Source: an uncultured Candidatus Saccharibacteria bacterium (lineage in GTDB: Bacteria > Patescibacteriota > Minisyncoccia > Phycocordibacterales > UBA918). From it: DNA of 64,000 bases. The translations under genes and the position numbers were made by a program. The stretch lies in assembly GCA_964601615.1 (NCBI GenBank), contig CAZRNZ010000001.1, positions 7,658-71,657 of the forward strand. Reading direction: 5' to 3'. The notes beneath the pieces are model-generated. The model was not told the origin of the DNA and made no database searches. It saw only the letters and a list, made by a program, of their open reading frames with translations. Below, piece after piece: positions 63,811-64,000 of the stretch (its first letter is position 1; the number at the start of each line of letters is the position of its first letter).

Positions 63811-64000
63811 CTAAGGTAGAGATAAGGCAACTTCTTCTGCTAACATTTTTTTTGAAGCACCTTTGTTATTTATGTATTTAACTGCAGTTAGTAAAGATTT
63901 TTTTAATTCCTCATTTTTGATATCAGATTTGCTAACATCAATAATTATTTCACTAAGTGATTCTGGACTTTTCTTAGCCAAATCTGCTATTAGATCTAAT
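63811..64000 (-). CDS. 3' end of a minus-strand CDS truncated by the window edge (product not identified).
   Basis: Open minus-strand frame '...KYINNKGASKKMLAEEVALSLP*' with a stop at 63811-63813. Confidence 0.3.
   Translation of the reverse strand, partial: LDLIADLAKKSPESLSEIIIDVSKSDIKNEELKKSLLTAVKYINNKGASKKMLAEEVALSLP

Noticed and set aside
1-64000. CRISPR arrays, transposases/IS elements, rRNA genes, tmRNA and RNase P RNA.
   Set aside because: I saw no short direct-repeat/spacer arrays, no DDE or HUH transposase-like ORFs, and no matches to the conserved cores of these RNAs on either strand.

Overview
This 64-kb window looks like a compact, low-GC bacterial chromosome segment. It is mostly housekeeping genes, with one clear accessory island.

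Housekeeping content, read from the translated ORFs:
- Cell-wall and division genes in two separate clusters: mraY-ftsW-murG on the plus strand (3.8-7.2 kb) and mraZ-rsmH-ftsL-ftsI-murF on the minus strand (49-53.8 kb).
- Additional cell-wall genes: the mreBCD-PBP2 shape cluster, a D-Ala-D-Ala carboxypeptidase and an M23 peptidase.
- Four tRNA synthetases: gltX, cysS, lysS and a short proS that lacks the editing domain.
- Ribosomal proteins L27, L9 and L21, plus frr and greA.
- Replication and repair: dnaB, recR, rmuC and a RecD/PIF1-like helicase.
- Other core genes: truB, rseP, a P-type ATPase, scpB and a XerC/D-like recombinase.
- At the 5' edge, a truncated surface protein built from tandem Asp-box (BNR-like) repeats with a Gly/Pro-rich tail.

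Intergenic regions carry many GC-rich hairpin plus T-tract terminators, several of them bidirectional.

The repertoire (reduced ProRS, split conserved operons, many small secreted or membrane hypothetical proteins) fits a reduced-genome lineage such as CPR/Patescibacteria, possibly Saccharibacteria-like. That placement is inference only.

The outstanding region is an AT-rich island of about 10 kb (roughly 37.2-47.98 kb). It contains no integrase and ends at a minus-strand tRNA-Glu(CUC) gene. Beside that tRNA sits a degenerate copy of its 5' half and a perfect 13-bp-stem palindrome.

All eight island genes are on the minus strand and form two modules.
- Module 1 (37529-45079) is a tightly packed five-gene operon with an extended -10 promoter. 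It encodes an XRE-type HTH (controller-like); an unusual RadC (JAB/MPN) domain fused to an M.HpaII-like C5 cytosine methyltransferase; an HpaII-like restriction endonuclease; a 737-aa PrrC/RloC/AAA_13-like ABC ATPase with a degenerate Walker A; and a 772-aa protein with an Mrr-type PD-(D/E)xK nuclease fused to a NACHT-like STAND NTPase.
- Module 2 (45316-47443) encodes a 4-TM membrane protein, a 351-aa protein of unknown function, and a gamma-glutamyl-cyclotransferase/AIG2-like protein.

I read module 1 as a layered defence locus. In this reading a Type II R-M system is coupled to a latent PrrC/RloC-like ATPase and a nuclease-STAND effector, and the methyltransferase carries a previously undescribed RadC fusion. 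Module 2 is a possible second, uncharacterised defence cassette.

No rRNA, CRISPR array or transposase was recognised in the window.
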